DNA from: Alphaproteobacteria bacterium
GTDB taxonomy: Bacteria; Pseudomonadota; Alphaproteobacteria; RF32; CAG-239
Assembly (NCBI GenBank): GCA_017475705.1
Contig: JAFVFB010000034.1
Location: 1,074 to 65,073 of the forward strand
Direction: 5' to 3'
Length of the DNA stretch: 64,000 nt
Of this stretch, positions 50,952-62,576 are shown one piece after another. Position 1 is the stretch's first letter; each line of letters starts with the position of its first letter. The notes below the pieces were generated by a model. It had not been told where the DNA came from and searched no databases. It worked only from the letters and a program-made list of their open reading frames with translations. The position numbers and the translations under genes are program-made.

Positions 50952-51572
50952 ATGAAACAGGACATCTTAAATTTGAATAATGAAAATGTCGGTAGTATTG
51001 AACTTAACGATGCTATTTTTGGTGTTGAAGTTCGCGCTGATATTTTGCACCGTGTTGTTAATTGGCAGCTTGCCATGCGTCAATGCGGTAACCACCAGAC
51101 AAAGGGCCGTTCTGATGTTGCGTTGACACCGGCAAAACCGTTTAAGCAAAAAGGCAGCGGTAATGCACGTCAAGGTAGCCGGAAGGGTACTCAATTTAGA
51201 AAAGGTGGTATAGTATTTGGTCCGGTTGTTAGAGATCATTCTCATGACCTGACAAAGAAGTTCAGAAAATTAGGTCTGAAAACTGCTCTTTCTGCGAAAG
51301 CTCAGGAAGGCAATCTTATCGTTATTGATGAAGCAAAGCTTTCTAATCCAAAGACAAAAGATTTACGTGTTAAATTGGAAGCTTTAGGATGGAATAACTG
51401 CTTGGTTATTGATGGTAAAGATGTTGATATTAATTTTGCATTAGCTAGCCGCAATATTGTTGGTGTTGATGTATTGCCGACAATTGGTGCTAATGTTTAC
51501 GATATTTTGAAAAAAGAGAAGTTAGTATTGACTAAAGACGCAGTAGCATGCTTGGAGGAAAGATTACAATGA
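50952..51572 (+). CDS. rplD: 50S ribosomal protein L4
   Basis: The L4 family sequence includes QGTHQTK-like [10 protein letters not shown] and [12 protein letters not shown]. It is in operon order. Confidence 0.95.
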   Translation: MKQDILNLNNENVGSIELNDAIFGVEVRADILHRVVNWQLAMRQCGNHQTKGRSDVALTPAKPFKQKGSGNARQGSRKGTQFRKGGIVFGPVVRDHSHDLTKKFRKLGLKTALSAKAQEGNLIVIDEAKLSNPKTKDLRVKLEALGWNNCLVIDGKDVDINFALASRNIVGVDVLPTIGANVYDILKKEKLVLTKDAVACLEERLQ

Positions 51573-51886
51573 AAAAATCAGACAAAACAAACAATGTAAC
51601 TGCACAAATGTATGATACATTACTTCGTCCGGTTATTACCGAAAAGTCTATGACGTCTTCTGAGGCAGGAAAGGTTGTCTTTATGGTTCCTCTTTCTGCT
51701 ACAAAAGATGAGGTTAAAGCTGCTGTTGAGGCAATTTTTAACGTTAAGGTAAATAAGGTAAATACCGTAAAACAAGCTGGTAAGGTAAAACGCTTTAGAG
51801 GTTTTGAGGGCGTTCGCTCTGACTATAAGAAAGCGATTATTACTCTTGCCGAAGGTCAAAATATTGATGTTACAGCAGGAATTTAG
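51569..51886 (+). CDS. rplW: 50S ribosomal protein L23
   Basis: [10 protein letters not shown]...VVFMV... is L23. The ATG overlaps the rplD TGA. Confidence 0.95.
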   Translation: MKKSDKTNNVTAQMYDTLLRPVITEKSMTSSEAGKVVFMVPLSATKDEVKAAVEAIFNVKVNKVNTVKQAGKVKRFRGFEGVRSDYKKAIITLAEGQNIDVTAGI

Positions 51887-51888
51887 TC

Positions 51889-52725
51889 ATGGCTTTGAAA
51901 ACATTTAAGCCCGCTACTCCAGGTCTTCGTCAGCTGATTATTGTTGACAGAAGTGAGCTTTATAAGGGCAAGCCTGAGAAGAGTTTGACCGTTGGTCTGA
52001 CCAAAACAGGTGGGCGTGATAATTTTGGGCACGTTACAAGTCGTAAAATCGGTGGTGGTCACAAACGCAAATACCGTGTTATTGACTTTAAGCGTAATAA
52101 ATTTGATTGTGAAGCAACGGTGGAGAGAATTGAATATGATCCTAACCGTACATCTTTCATTGCTTTAATTAACTATGAAGATGGCGAAAAGGCTTATATT
52201 TTGGCTCCGCAAAGATTAAAAGCCGGCGATAAGGTTATCTCTGCTGAGAAAGCTGATATTAAGCCGGGTAATGCTATGCCGTTGAAGAGCATGCCAGTTG
52301 GTACGATTGTACACAATGTTGAGTTAAAAGTTGGCAAAGGCGGGCAGCTTGTTCGTTCTGCTGGTTGTTATGCTCAAGTTGTTGGTAAAGATGCCGGTTA
52401 TGCTCAATTAAAACTTTCTTCAGGTGAATTGCGTATTGTTCGTGAAGAATGTTTGGCAACAGTTGGTGCTGTTTCTAATCCGGATAACCAGAACGTATCT
52501 TTGGGTAAGGCTGGTCGTTCACGTTGGTTGGGTATTCGCCCTGTTGCACGTGGTGTAGCTATGAACCCTGTTGATCACCCACATGGTGGTGGTGAAGGTC
52601 GTACATCTGGTGGTCGTCATCCAGTGACACCATGGGGTAAGCCGACCAAGGGTGCTAAAACTCGTTCTAACAAGAAGACAGATCGCTTTATTATGAGATC
52701 TCGTCATGAAAACAAAAAGAAATAA
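51889..52725 (+). CDS. rplB: 50S ribosomal protein L2
   Basis: [15 protein letters not shown]... and GGGEGR are canonical L2. Confidence 0.97.
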   Translation: MALKTFKPATPGLRQLIIVDRSELYKGKPEKSLTVGLTKTGGRDNFGHVTSRKIGGGHKRKYRVIDFKRNKFDCEATVERIEYDPNRTSFIALINYEDGEKAYILAPQRLKAGDKVISAEKADIKPGNAMPLKSMPVGTIVHNVELKVGKGGQLVRSAGCYAQVVGKDAGYAQLKLSSGELRIVREECLATVGAVSNPDNQNVSLGKAGRSRWLGIRPVARGVAMNPVDHPHGGGEGRTSGGRHPVTPWGKPTKGAKTRSNKKTDRFIMRSRHENKKK

Positions 52726-52737
52726 GGAGGTAAACAA

Positions 52738-53016
52738 ATGACTCGTTCTGTATGGAAAGGACCTTTTGTTGATGGTTATCTTCTTAAGAAAGCAGAAGCT
52801 GCAAGAGCATCTACTCGTAATGAAGTGATTAAAATTTGGTCTCGTCGTTCTACTATGTTGCCACAATTTGTTGGTTTGACATTTGGTGTGCATAATGGTC
52901 ATAAGTTCATTCCGGTATTGGTTACCGAAGATATGGTTGGCCACAAGTTCGGCGAATTTGCTCCGACACGTACCTTCTATGGTCACGCAGCAGATAAAAA
53001 AGTTAAGAGAGGTTAA
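52738..53016 (+). CDS. rpsS: 30S ribosomal protein S19
   Basis: [18 protein letters not shown]... is canonical S19. Confidence 0.97.
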   Translation: MTRSVWKGPFVDGYLLKKAEAARASTRNEVIKIWSRRSTMLPQFVGLTFGVHNGHKFIPVLVTEDMVGHKFGEFAPTRTFYGHAADKKVKRG

Positions 53017-53393
53017 TGATGAGTAAAGCTAAAGATACAAGAAGACTTTCTGATAACCAAGCGATGGCTCAGAATAATTCTATTCGTTCCAGTGCTCGTA
53101 AGCTTAATCTCGTAGCACAGACAATTCGTGGTTTATCTGCGGAGAAGGCTGTGGCAGAACTTAGCTTTTCTAAGAAGAGAATAGCAAAAGTTGCTTTAGA
53201 AGTATTAAAGTCGGCTATTGCCAATGCGGAAAATAATCATAAGCTTAATATTGACAAGCTTATTGTTGCGGAAGCTTATACTGGTAATGGTCTTGTTATG
53301 AAACGTATGCATGCACGTGGTAGAGGAAGAGGTGCAAGGGTATTGAAGCCTTTTTCTAAATTGACCATTGTTGTTGCAGAGCGTGGGGAGTAA
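53016..53393 (+). CDS. rplV: 50S ribosomal protein L22
   Basis: SARKLNLVAQTIRGLSAEKA is the L22 signature. It is in operon order. Confidence 0.95.
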   Translation: MMSKAKDTRRLSDNQAMAQNNSIRSSARKLNLVAQTIRGLSAEKAVAELSFSKKRIAKVALEVLKSAIANAENNHKLNIDKLIVAEAYTGNGLVMKRMHARGRGRGARVLKPFSKLTIVVAERGE

Positions 53394-53398
53394 AATAA

Positions 53399-54067
53399 AT
53401 GGGACAGAAAGTTAATCCGATCAGTCTTCGTTTAGGTGTTAACCGCACATGGGATTCTCGTTGGTATGCTGATGAGAAGTTCACTGATTATCTCCACGAA
53501 GATTTGAAAATCAGAAAATTTTTGAAAGAAAAGTTAGCTCAAGCTGGTATTAGCAGAATTGTTATTGAGCGTCCTGCAAAGAAGGCGAGAGTTACTATTC
53601 ATTCAGCTAGACCAGGTGTTGTAATTGGTAAGAAAGGTCAAGACATTGAGTTGTTAAGAAAAGACATTCAAAAGTTGACGGATTCTGAAGTTCAATTGAA
53701 CATTTTGGAAGTTAGAAAGCCAGAATTGGATGCACAGTTGGTTGCTGATTCTGTTGCACAACAATTGGAAAGACGTGTTGCTTTCCGTCGTGCGATGAAG
53801 AGAGTTATGCAGTCTGCGCTTCGTTTGGGTGCTGAAGGTATTAAGGTTTGCTGTTCTGGTCGTTTAGGCGGTGCAGAAATTGCTAGAACTGAATATTACC
53901 GTGAAGGTCGTGTACCTTTGCACACGCTTCGTGCAGATATTGACTATGCTACCTCAACGGCTCATACAACTTATGGTGCTTGTGGTGTTAAAGTTTGGAT
54001 TTACAAAGGTGAGATTATGGCTCATGATCCAATGGCACAAGACAAGAAATTGGCTGAACAAAAGTAA
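53399..54067 (+). CDS. rpsC: 30S ribosomal protein S3
   Basis: [24 protein letters not shown]... is canonical S3. Confidence 0.97.
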   Translation: MGQKVNPISLRLGVNRTWDSRWYADEKFTDYLHEDLKIRKFLKEKLAQAGISRIVIERPAKKARVTIHSARPGVVIGKKGQDIELLRKDIQKLTDSEVQLNILEVRKPELDAQLVADSVAQQLERRVAFRRAMKRVMQSALRLGAEGIKVCCSGRLGGAEIARTEYYREGRVPLHTLRADIDYATSTAHTTYGACGVKVWIYKGEIMAHDPMAQDKKLAEQK

Positions 54068-54082
54068 GAATGAGGTTTTGAT

Positions 54083-54511
54083 ATGTTAAGTCCAAAACGT
54101 GTAAAGTTCCGCAAGCAGCACAAAGTTCGTATTCACGGCCTTGCCAAGGGCGGTTCTGAATTAAGTTTCGGTTCATATGGCTTGAAAGCTCTTACGCCGG
54201 AGCGCGTTACCGCACGCCAGATTGAGGCTGCCCGTCGCGCTATTACCCGTGAAATGAAGAGAGCTGGAAGACTATGGATTAGAATTTTCCCAGATGTTCC
54301 AGTATCAGATAAACCTGCTGAGGTTCGTATGGGTAAAGGTAAAGGTGCTCCTGAATTTTGGGTGGCAAGAGTTAAACCTGGACGTATTATGTTTGAGATT
54401 GCGGATGTTGACGAAGAGTTAGCACGCAAAGCATTTGCGTTAGGTGCAGCAAAATTGCCTGTTAAGAGCAAATTTGTTAAACGCTTGAATTCTGATCAAG
54501 GAGAAGCATAA
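54083..54511 (+). CDS. rplP: 50S ribosomal protein L16
   Basis: [14 protein letters not shown]... is canonical L16. Confidence 0.97.
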   Translation: MLSPKRVKFRKQHKVRIHGLAKGGSELSFGSYGLKALTPERVTARQIEAARRAITREMKRAGRLWIRIFPDVPVSDKPAEVRMGKGKGAPEFWVARVKPGRIMFEIADVDEELARKAFALGAAKLPVKSKFVKRLNSDQGEA

Positions 54512-54708
54512 TGGTAAAAATTAAAGATTTGAGAGCTATGAGTGATGATGAGCTTGAAAATAGATTAGTAGAATGCAAGAAGGAGCAATTAAGTTTGCGT
54601 ATTCAGCAAGCTACTGGTCAATTACAAAATACATCAGCTATCTCTAAAGTTCGTAAAGAAGTGGCTCAAATCAATACGCTTTTAACAGAGCGTAAGAAGA
54701 ATAGTTAG
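54511..54708 (+). CDS. rpmC: 50S ribosomal protein L29
   Basis: 65 aa. [26 protein letters not shown] is L29. Confidence 0.95.
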   Translation: MVKIKDLRAMSDDELENRLVECKKEQLSLRIQQATGQLQNTSAISKVRKEVAQINTLLTERKKNS

Positions 54709-54718
54709 GAGAAAAGAT

Positions 54719-54958
54719 ATGCCTAAAAGAATTCTTCAAGGTGTTGTTGTCAGTGCCAAACAGGATAAGACTGTCGTTGTCAGTGTTGAGCGTCAGGTTA
54801 TGCATCCTGTTTATAAGAAGATCGTTAAGAGAAGTAAGAAATTTGCTGCTCATGATGAAAACAATCAGTTCAAAGAAGGTGATCAGGTTTCGATTATTGA
54901 ATCTAAACCTTATTCTAAGACCAAGACATGGACTGTTATTAATAATGAAAATGCCTAA
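54719..54958 (+). CDS. rpsQ: 30S ribosomal protein S17
   Basis: [25 protein letters not shown]... is S17. Confidence 0.95.
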   Translation: MPKRILQGVVVSAKQDKTVVVSVERQVMHPVYKKIVKRSKKFAAHDENNQFKEGDQVSIIESKPYSKTKTWTVINNENA

Positions 54959-54975
54959 TTAGGAAGGAATGAATT

Positions 54976-55344
54976 ATGATACAAATGCAAACCAACCTAG
55001 ATGTTGCGGATAATTCTGGAGCGCGTCAGGTGCAGTGCATTAAGGTTCTTGGAGGCTCCAAGAGAATGCATGCTTCAGTCGGTGACATTATTATCGTTTC
55101 CGTAAAAGATGCAATGCCTAAAGGGCGTGTAAAGAAAGGTGATGTCCAACGTGCCGTTATCGTTCGGACAGCCAGCGACATCAGACGTAAAGATGGTAGT
55201 GTCATTCGTTTTGACAGCAATGCAGCTGTTTTGGTTAACAAAGATGGTGAGCCGATTGGTACTCGTATCTTTGGGCCTGTAACCAGAGAGTTGCGTGCGA
55301 AAAAATTTATGAAAATAATTTCTTTAGCGCCGGAGGTTTTGTAA
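54976..55344 (+). CDS. rplN: 50S ribosomal protein L14
   Basis: [17 protein letters not shown]... is canonical L14. Confidence 0.97.
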   Translation: MIQMQTNLDVADNSGARQVQCIKVLGGSKRMHASVGDIIIVSVKDAMPKGRVKKGDVQRAVIVRTASDIRRKDGSVIRFDSNAAVLVNKDGEPIGTRIFGPVTRELRAKKFMKIISLAPEVL

Positions 55345-55659
55345 ATGAGCAAAATGAAAATTAAAAAAGGTGATAAAGTAATCGTTATTGCAGGTGATGA
55401 CAAAGGTAAAACTGGTGAAGTATTGAAAGCCATGCCGAAAGAAGGTAAGGTTATTGTACAAGGTGTTAATCTTGTTAAGAAACATACGAAACCAAGTCAA
55501 ACATCTGCAGGCGGTATCGTTACCAAAGAAGCTGCTATTCAAGTTTCTAATGTTGCGATTGTTACAGCTGACGGAAAGGCCTCAAAGGTCGGCTATAAAG
55601 TTGTTGACGGTTTGAAAAAGCGTGTTGCTCGGAAGACCGGCGAAGTAATCGATAATTAG
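55345..55659 (+). CDS. rplX: 50S ribosomal protein L24
   Basis: [24 protein letters not shown] is the KOW motif of L24. Confidence 0.95.
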   Translation: MSKMKIKKGDKVIVIAGDDKGKTGEVLKAMPKEGKVIVQGVNLVKKHTKPSQTSAGGIVTKEAAIQVSNVAIVTADGKASKVGYKVVDGLKKRVARKTGEVIDN

Positions 55660-55670
55660 GAGATAGATTG

Positions 55671-56210
55671 ATGACAAATTTTGAAACGTTATACAATGAT
55701 GTCATTAAGAAAGCTCTTGTGGAAAAGTTCGGTTACAAGAACCCGCATGAGATTCCGAAGTTGACAAAGATTGTTTTGAATATGGGCGTTGGTGACGCTA
55801 TTACAGACAAGAAAAAGTTGAATAATGCTGTTGAAGAAATGACGATGATTGCTGGTCAAAAACCGGTGGTTACTTCTGCAAGAAAATCAATTGCTACATT
55901 CAAATTAAGAGAAGGTATGCCGATTGGTTGTAAAGTAACACTTCGTTCTGACAGGATGTATGACTTTTTAGAGCGATTGATTAACATGGCTCTTCCTCGG
56001 ATCAGAGACTTTCACGGTATATCTGGAAAGAACTTTGATGGAAAAGGTAACTTTGCTTTTGGCATTAAAGAGCAAATTATTTTCCCTGAAATTAACTATG
56101 AAAAAGTTGAACAAATCAGAGGTATGGATATAGTTATCTGCACATCTGCTAAGACAGATGAAGAAGCTAAATTTTTACTTACTTCCTTCAACTTACCATA
56201 TAAGAAATAA
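55671..56210 (+). CDS. rplE: 50S ribosomal protein L5
   Basis: [18 protein letters not shown]... is L5. Confidence 0.95.
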   Translation: MTNFETLYNDVIKKALVEKFGYKNPHEIPKLTKIVLNMGVGDAITDKKKLNNAVEEMTMIAGQKPVVTSARKSIATFKLREGMPIGCKVTLRSDRMYDFLERLINMALPRIRDFHGISGKNFDGKGNFAFGIKEQIIFPEINYEKVEQIRGMDIVICTSAKTDEEAKFLLTSFNLPYKK

Positions 56211-56224
56211 GCGGAGATTTTACG

Positions 56225-56530
56225 ATGTCAAAAACAAGTTCAGTATATAGAAACTTGAAAAGAGTGAAGATGGCTGCAAAATATGCAAACATTCGCTCCA
56301 AGTTGAAAGCCATTGTCAATGATAAGAATGCTCCGGAAGAAGAAAGATTCCAAGCTACTTTGAAATTGGCAGCGTTACCACGTAATTCTTCGAAGGTTAG
56401 AATTAGAAATCGTTGCAAGATTACGGGACGCTCACGTAGTTATAATAGGAAATTCGGTGTCAGCCGTGTTGAACTAAGAGACATGGCAAGTTTTGGTGAG
56501 ATACCGGGTTTGGTAAAATCAAGCTGGTAA
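56225..56530 (+). CDS. rpsN: 30S ribosomal protein S14 (long, non-zinc form)
   Basis: 101 aa. ...[41 protein letters not shown] is the S14 C-terminus. Confidence 0.95.
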   Translation: MSKTSSVYRNLKRVKMAAKYANIRSKLKAIVNDKNAPEEERFQATLKLAALPRNSSKVRIRNRCKITGRSRSYNRKFGVSRVELRDMASFGEIPGLVKSSW

Positions 56531-56542
56531 GGAGATGATATT

Positions 56543-56941
56543 ATGTCTATGACTGATCCTTTGGGCGATATGCTCACACGCATTAGAAACGCACAAAGAG
56601 CGAAGAAAAGTGATGTTGTATCACCGGCCTCTCGCTTGCGTGAAAATGTATTAGAAGTTCTCAAAAGAGAAGGCTACATTGCCGGATATGAAAAGGTTAA
56701 TGTACGTGCAGGTGTTGATGAACTTCATATTCAATTAAAATATTTTGAAGGCACAAGTGTTATCACTGAAATATACCGTGTTTCTACTCCAGGTCGTCGC
56801 GTTTATTCCAGTGTTAAAGATTTGCCGAGAGTTTATAATGGTTTAGGTATTTCTATTGTTTCAACCCCTAAGGGTGTTATGAGTGATAACGAAGCCAGAA
56901 AAGCTAATGTCGGCGGCGAAATCTTGTGTCAGGTATTCTAG
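56543..56941 (+). CDS. rpsH: 30S ribosomal protein S8
   Basis: [18 protein letters not shown]... is canonical S8. Confidence 0.97.
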   Translation: MSMTDPLGDMLTRIRNAQRAKKSDVVSPASRLRENVLEVLKREGYIAGYEKVNVRAGVDELHIQLKYFEGTSVITEIYRVSTPGRRVYSSVKDLPRVYNGLGISIVSTPKGVMSDNEARKANVGGEILCQVF

Positions 56942-56951
56942 GAGATAGCGG

Positions 56952-57488
56952 ATGTCAAGAATTGGTAAATACCCTGTGATTATCCCTGAAGGCGTTAGTG
57001 CTTCTGTTGAAGGCAACGTTGTTAATGTTAAAGGGAAACTAGGTGAATTAAAATTTGCTTTCGATGATTCTCATGTTAGTGTAGAAGTTAAAGATGGCAA
57101 AATCGTTGTTACGCCGCATTCTGAGAGCCGTACTGCTCGTACACTTTGGGGTACAACCCGTGCACAAATTAACTCTTTAGTTAAGGGTGTTAGCGTTGGT
57201 TACAGCAAGAGTGTTGAGTTAATCGGTGTTGGTTATAAAGCTCGTATGGATGGTAAAAACGTTGTTATGAGCTTGGGCTTCTCCCATGATGTACCATTTG
57301 AAACACCAAAAGGCATTACGATTGCTTGTGAATCTCAAACCGTTTTGAAAATTAGCGGTGTTGATAAGCAGTTGGTAGGCCAAGTTGCGGCAGAAATTCG
57401 TAAGTATAGAAAGCCAGAGCCTTACAAAGGAAAAGGCATTCGCATTGATAACGAATATGTACGTCGTAAAGAAGGTAAGAAGAAATAG
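56952..57488 (+). CDS. rplF: 50S ribosomal protein L6
   Basis: [15 protein letters not shown]... is canonical L6. Confidence 0.97.
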   Translation: MSRIGKYPVIIPEGVSASVEGNVVNVKGKLGELKFAFDDSHVSVEVKDGKIVVTPHSESRTARTLWGTTRAQINSLVKGVSVGYSKSVELIGVGYKARMDGKNVVMSLGFSHDVPFETPKGITIACESQTVLKISGVDKQLVGQVAAEIRKYRKPEPYKGKGIRIDNEYVRRKEGKKK

Positions 57489-57499
57489 GATGTAAAGCA

Positions 57500-57862
57500 A
57501 TGAATACACCAAGAAAGTTATATGAAAAAAGAAAAGCGCGCGTTCGTACCGCTTTGAAGGCTGCTGCTAATGGAAAGATGAGATTATCTGTATTTCGCAG
57601 CGGTAAGCATATCTATGCTCAAATTATTGATGATGCAAAAGGTGCAACAATTGCTTCTGCTTCTACTTTGGATAAAGAAGTAAGAGCCAATATTGCTAAG
57701 TCTTCTAATATAGAAGCCGCACAGTATGTCGGTAAAGTCGTTGCTGAACGTGCCGTTAAAAATGGCGTCAGCGAAGTTGTGTTTGACCGTGGCGGTTATG
57801 TTTATCATGGCCGTGTAAAGGCTTTGGCAGATTCTGCTCGTGAAGCCGGATTGAAATTTTAG
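57500..57862 (+). CDS. rplR: 50S ribosomal protein L18
   Basis: [18 protein letters not shown]...[26 protein letters not shown] is L18. Confidence 0.97.
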   Translation: MNTPRKLYEKRKARVRTALKAAANGKMRLSVFRSGKHIYAQIIDDAKGATIASASTLDKEVRANIAKSSNIEAAQYVGKVVAERAVKNGVSEVVFDRGGYVYHGRVKALADSAREAGLKF

Positions 57863-57871
57863 GAGGTTACT

Positions 57872-58441
57872 ATGGCACAATCTTTAGAACGCCACAATAA
57901 TAAGGCAGAAAAGAAAGAAGAATTGGTTGAAAAACTGGTTTTTGTTAATCGTGTTGCTAAGACAGTTAAAGGCGGACGTACAATGTCTTTTGCAGCTTTG
58001 GTTGTTGTTGGTGACCAGAAAGGTCGTATCGGTTTTGGCTCAGGTAAAGCAGCTGAAGTTCCGGAAGCTATTGTAAAAGCAACAAATGAGGCAAAGAAGA
58101 ATATGGTTCGTGTTCCTTTACGCGAAGGTAGAACTCTTCACCATGATATTGCTGGTCGCTTTGGTGCAGGTAAGGTTGTATTGAGAACAGCTCCTGCTGG
58201 TACCGGTGTTATTGCCGGTGGTCCAATGCGTGCAGTGTTTGAAGTTCTCGGCGTACAAGACGTTGTTGCAAAGTCTTTAGGTTCTAACAATCCTTACAAT
58301 ATGATTAAGGCGACCATGGTTGCACTTAAGGCTATTAATAGCCCACGGATGATTGCTGCAAAACGTGGCAAAAAAGTTGGTGATATTGTAAGCCGTCGAG
58401 AGAATACTTCTAGCGTCAAGACAGATAAAGAGGAGGCTTAA
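57872..58441 (+). CDS. rpsE: 30S ribosomal protein S5
   Basis: [24 protein letters not shown]... is S5. Confidence 0.97.
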   Translation: MAQSLERHNNKAEKKEELVEKLVFVNRVAKTVKGGRTMSFAALVVVGDQKGRIGFGSGKAAEVPEAIVKATNEAKKNMVRVPLREGRTLHHDIAGRFGAGKVVLRTAPAGTGVIAGGPMRAVFEVLGVQDVVAKSLGSNNPYNMIKATMVALKAINSPRMIAAKRGKKVGDIVSRRENTSSVKTDKEEA

Positions 58442-58443
58442 TT

Positions 58444-58629
58444 ATGGCTAATAAAAAGACAGTTAAGGTTACTCAAGTTAAAAGTTCTATTGGTCATACA
58501 AAAGATCAGATAGCGACTTTGAAGGGTTTGGGCTTAAATAAAGTTGGACGTACTTCCGTTTTGGAAGATACACCGGCTGTTAGAGGTATGATTAACAAGG
58601 TTGCTCACCTCGTTAAGGTTGAAGACTAA
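58444..58629 (+). CDS. rpmD: 50S ribosomal protein L30
   Basis: 61 aa. [25 protein letters not shown] is L30. Confidence 0.95.
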   Translation: MANKKTVKVTQVKSSIGHTKDQIATLKGLGLNKVGRTSVLEDTPAVRGMINKVAHLVKVED

Positions 58630-58738
58630 TTGTAAAATGTGTGAGTGAGAATTTTTCTTGCTCACACCTAAAATTTTGAAATGTTTTCAGAGCAATTAAT
58701 TTTTGATTTTAACAGAGATAAGTATAAAGGTGAAAAAA

Positions 58739-59194
58739 ATGAAACTAAATGAATTAAGAGATAACGAAGGTGCCACGAAAAACCGTATTCGTGTTGGTCG
58801 TGGTATTGGTAGCGGCAAGGGTAAAACTTGCGGTCGTGGTCAAAAAGGTCAGAAATATCGTTCCGGCGTTTCTATTCACGGTTTTGAAGGCGGTCAAATG
58901 CCTGTTTATCGTCGTTTGCCGAAACGTGGGTTTAAGAATCCTTTTGCTAAAACTTTTGCGGTTGTTAATTTGGATACAATCCAGAAGGCTATTGATGCCG
59001 GTAAATTGAGTGCCGATGATATTACAAAAGAGAGCTTACTCAAATCAAATATCATTTCTAAGGAATTAGATGGCATTCGCTTGCTCGCACGTGGTGCGCT
59101 CACAGCAGCTATTAGCATTACGGTTGATTCTGCGTCGAAAAAAGCAGTTGAGGCTGTAGAAAATGCTGGTGGCAAAATTACTATAAAGGGATAA
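58739..59194 (+). CDS. rplO: 50S ribosomal protein L15
   Basis: [39 protein letters not shown]... is canonical L15. The ATG at 58739 is preferred over the track start at 58703. Confidence 0.95.
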   Translation: MKLNELRDNEGATKNRIRVGRGIGSGKGKTCGRGQKGQKYRSGVSIHGFEGGQMPVYRRLPKRGFKNPFAKTFAVVNLDTIQKAIDAGKLSADDITKESLLKSNIISKELDGIRLLARGALTAAISITVDSASKKAVEAVENAGGKITIKG

Positions 59195-59196
59195 AT

Positions 59197-59310
59197 TTGG
59201 ACGTCTAATTGTCAATAGAAGGCCAGTTGGCAAAAATTCATTTAACTGTTTTGTAAGCTGAAATTTTTGCCACTGGATATTGACTTTTATCCATCTTAAT
59301 TCTTCCTTTC
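59197..59310. repeat. Fourth, dispersed copy of the hairpin-forming repeat family seen at 32801-33145
   Basis: ttggacgtctaattgtcaatagaaggccagttggcaaaaattcat...aaatttttgccactggatattgacttttatccatcttaa aligns with the 32801 unit. The stems are GTCAATA/TATTGAC and GGCAAAAATT/AATTTTTGCC. Confidence 0.85.
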
Positions 59311-59320
59311 AGGAATGAAG

Positions 59321-59345
59321 GCTCCCATGCGGGGGCTTTTTTTTG
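59321..59345 (+). terminator. Rho-independent terminator ending the ribosomal-protein operon after rplO
   Basis: GCTCCC ATGC GGGGGC forms the stem (one G-U pair) and is followed by TTTTTTTT. Confidence 0.75.
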
Positions 59346-59399
59346 TGGGAAAGCGGTTTTATAATTGCGAGATAAAAAAATGGCGATAAAATTTTTGGT

Positions 59400-60410
59400 A
59401 TGAAAAAAATATTTTTGGTTTTGATTGCTTTTATTTTTGTAGCGGTAGTTTATTGGTTGTTTACCGTGCGGTTGGATTATCGCCGAATTGTGTTTGTATT
59501 GCCATCATCAGAGCGTGCGGCATCTCCGTATTACTATAAAAAAGATGGCGATTTCTTTTTAGCCGATGATTTGCGTATTGGTTTGGAGAAAATCGGCTAT
59601 AAGGTAGAATATCGGTTTCGGGAAGATTATGATGATTTAAAATTGGGCAATGCAGGTAATGTGATTTATTTTAAGGGGTATTATAATTTTGAGCATCTGC
59701 CAGGGGTTCGAAACGATAGACGTAAGCGAGTGCTTTATGTTTATTATGTTGAAGGGCTTAATCCTGCTATATTATCAGAAGTTGATATTGTGGCGTGTGC
59801 GTCGCAGAAATTATTGGCAGAGTTACAGCAAGAATATGGAATTGAAGGTTTCTTTTTACCACAGTTTACGAATCCAGAGCGATTTAAGCCAGCCCAAGAA
59901 AACGAGATACAAGCCTATAAAGTACTGTTCGTAGGGTCAAATCATACAGGAAAAGGGCGCATGGCGGTGGATTATGCCCTTAAGGCTGGTGATGGATTAG
60001 CGGTGTTTGGTAAATTTTGGGAAAAACATCTTGAGCCGTCGGTGTTGAAAGGAATGTATATTGATAACGAGGTACTTTATCAATATTATAGTAATGCAGC
60101 TGTAGTGCTTAATGACCATCGTTCGGATATGCGGTATTATGGTTTTATTTCTAACCGAATTTATGATGTAACGGCATCTGGGGGGTTTATATTAACGGAT
60201 TATATGCCAGAGATTGAGGCAATATATGGCAATAGTGTGGCGATGTATAAAAATTTTGAGGAGTTTAAGTTTAAGCTATCCTACTATTTAACGCATCCCA
60301 AAGAACGTCAGATGATGTCTCAGAAAGCGAGGCAGATAACTTTGCAAAATTTCACTCATGAAATAGCCGCCAAAAAATTTGATGCTTTTTTGAAAAATAT
60401 GCAAAAATAA
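59400..60410 (+). CDS. Membrane-anchored CgeB-like (Glyco_trans_1_2 / DUF3880-type) glycosyltransferase, putative
   Basis: N-terminal TM segment. The C-terminal part VLFVGSNHTGKGR...NDHRSDMRYYGFISNRIYDVTASGGFILTDY...FEEFKFKLSYYLTHPKERQMMSQKARQ resembles the CgeB family as I recall it. Confidence 0.45.
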   Translation: MKKIFLVLIAFIFVAVVYWLFTVRLDYRRIVFVLPSSERAASPYYYKKDGDFFLADDLRIGLEKIGYKVEYRFREDYDDLKLGNAGNVIYFKGYYNFEHLPGVRNDRRKRVLYVYYVEGLNPAILSEVDIVACASQKLLAELQQEYGIEGFFLPQFTNPERFKPAQENEIQAYKVLFVGSNHTGKGRMAVDYALKAGDGLAVFGKFWEKHLEPSVLKGMYIDNEVLYQYYSNAAVVLNDHRSDMRYYGFISNRIYDVTASGGFILTDYMPEIEAIYGNSVAMYKNFEEFKFKLSYYLTHPKERQMMSQKARQITLQNFTHEIAAKKFDAFLKNMQK

Positions 60411-60444
60411 TTAGAGCAGTGCTTGATTTTTTTTGATTGGAACA

Positions 60445-60478
60445 CTAACTAAAGTATTAGTTTAAATAATTTAGTTAG
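60445..60478 (+). promoter_or_regulatory. Perfect 9-bp inverted repeat in the groES 5' leader, with its right arm overlapping the Shine-Dalgarno sequence
   Basis: CTAACTAAA (60445-60453) and TTTAGTTAG (60470-60478) are separated by 16 nt. AGGAG starts at 60477 and the groES ATG is at 60486. Confidence 0.4.
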
Positions 60479-60485
60479 GAGTTAG

Positions 60486-60782
60486 ATGAAAATGCAAGTT
60501 AAACCATTGCGCGAAAATATTCTAATCAAGCGTGTTGAAGAGGAAAATAAAACAGCCGGCGGGATTATTTTGCCTGATACAGCAAAAGAAAAGCCAAGCG
60601 AAGGTGTGGTTATCGCTGTTGGAGAGGGGAGAGTTACCCCTGATGGTAAAGTTTTGCCTATGAATATAAAAGTTGGTGATACGGTTTTGTTTAGTAAATG
60701 GACAGGGACCGAAATCAAAGTAAATGGCGAACCTCACCTTATCGTTAAGGAAGGTGATGTTTTGGCAATTATTGAAAGATAA
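60486..60782 (+). CDS. groES: Co-chaperonin GroES
   Basis: VKPLRENILIKRVEEENKTAGGIILPDTAKEKPSEG... is canonical GroES. Confidence 0.97.
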   Translation: MKMQVKPLRENILIKRVEEENKTAGGIILPDTAKEKPSEGVVIAVGEGRVTPDGKVLPMNIKVGDTVLFSKWTGTEIKVNGEPHLIVKEGDVLAIIER

Positions 60783-60787
60783 GATGA

Positions 60788-62452
<1,665 letters not shown>

Positions 62453-62473
62453 GTTGTCATTACAGCTTATTTT

Positions 62474-62506
62474 GAGGGGCAGTTCTTATCGAACTGCTCC
62501 TTTTTG
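62474..62506 (+). terminator. Rho-independent terminator after groEL
   Basis: The stem GAGGGGCAGTTC/GAACTGCTCC has one mismatch, loop TTATC, and is followed by TTTTT. Confidence 0.75.
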
Positions 62507-62576
62507 TTTATGGCTTAAATGAAATATTAATTTTTTGTATATATTATGATTGCAGGTGTTAGGTAGGACTTGTCAT

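Noticed and set aside
52519-52986. A 155-aa minus-strand ORF across rplB/rpsS, with similar antisense ORFs in the ribosomal operon (50723-51076, 54133-54471, 55026-55433, 57219-57512, 57584-57880, 58906-59175)
   Set aside because: All are antisense to canonical ribosomal-protein genes and show no family resemblance.
60411-60452. A CIRCE (HrcA) operator upstream of groES
   Set aside because: Only a loose resemblance (TTAGAGCAGTG ... CACTAACTAA) is present. The spacing is wrong and there are several mismatches to TTAGCACTC-N9-GAGTGCTAA.
59195-60485. secY or other spc/alpha-operon genes hidden downstream of rplO
   Set aside because: The only long ORF (59400-60410) has a single N-terminal TM segment and glycosyltransferase-like features, not the 10-TM SecY pattern. 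A strong terminator follows rplO.
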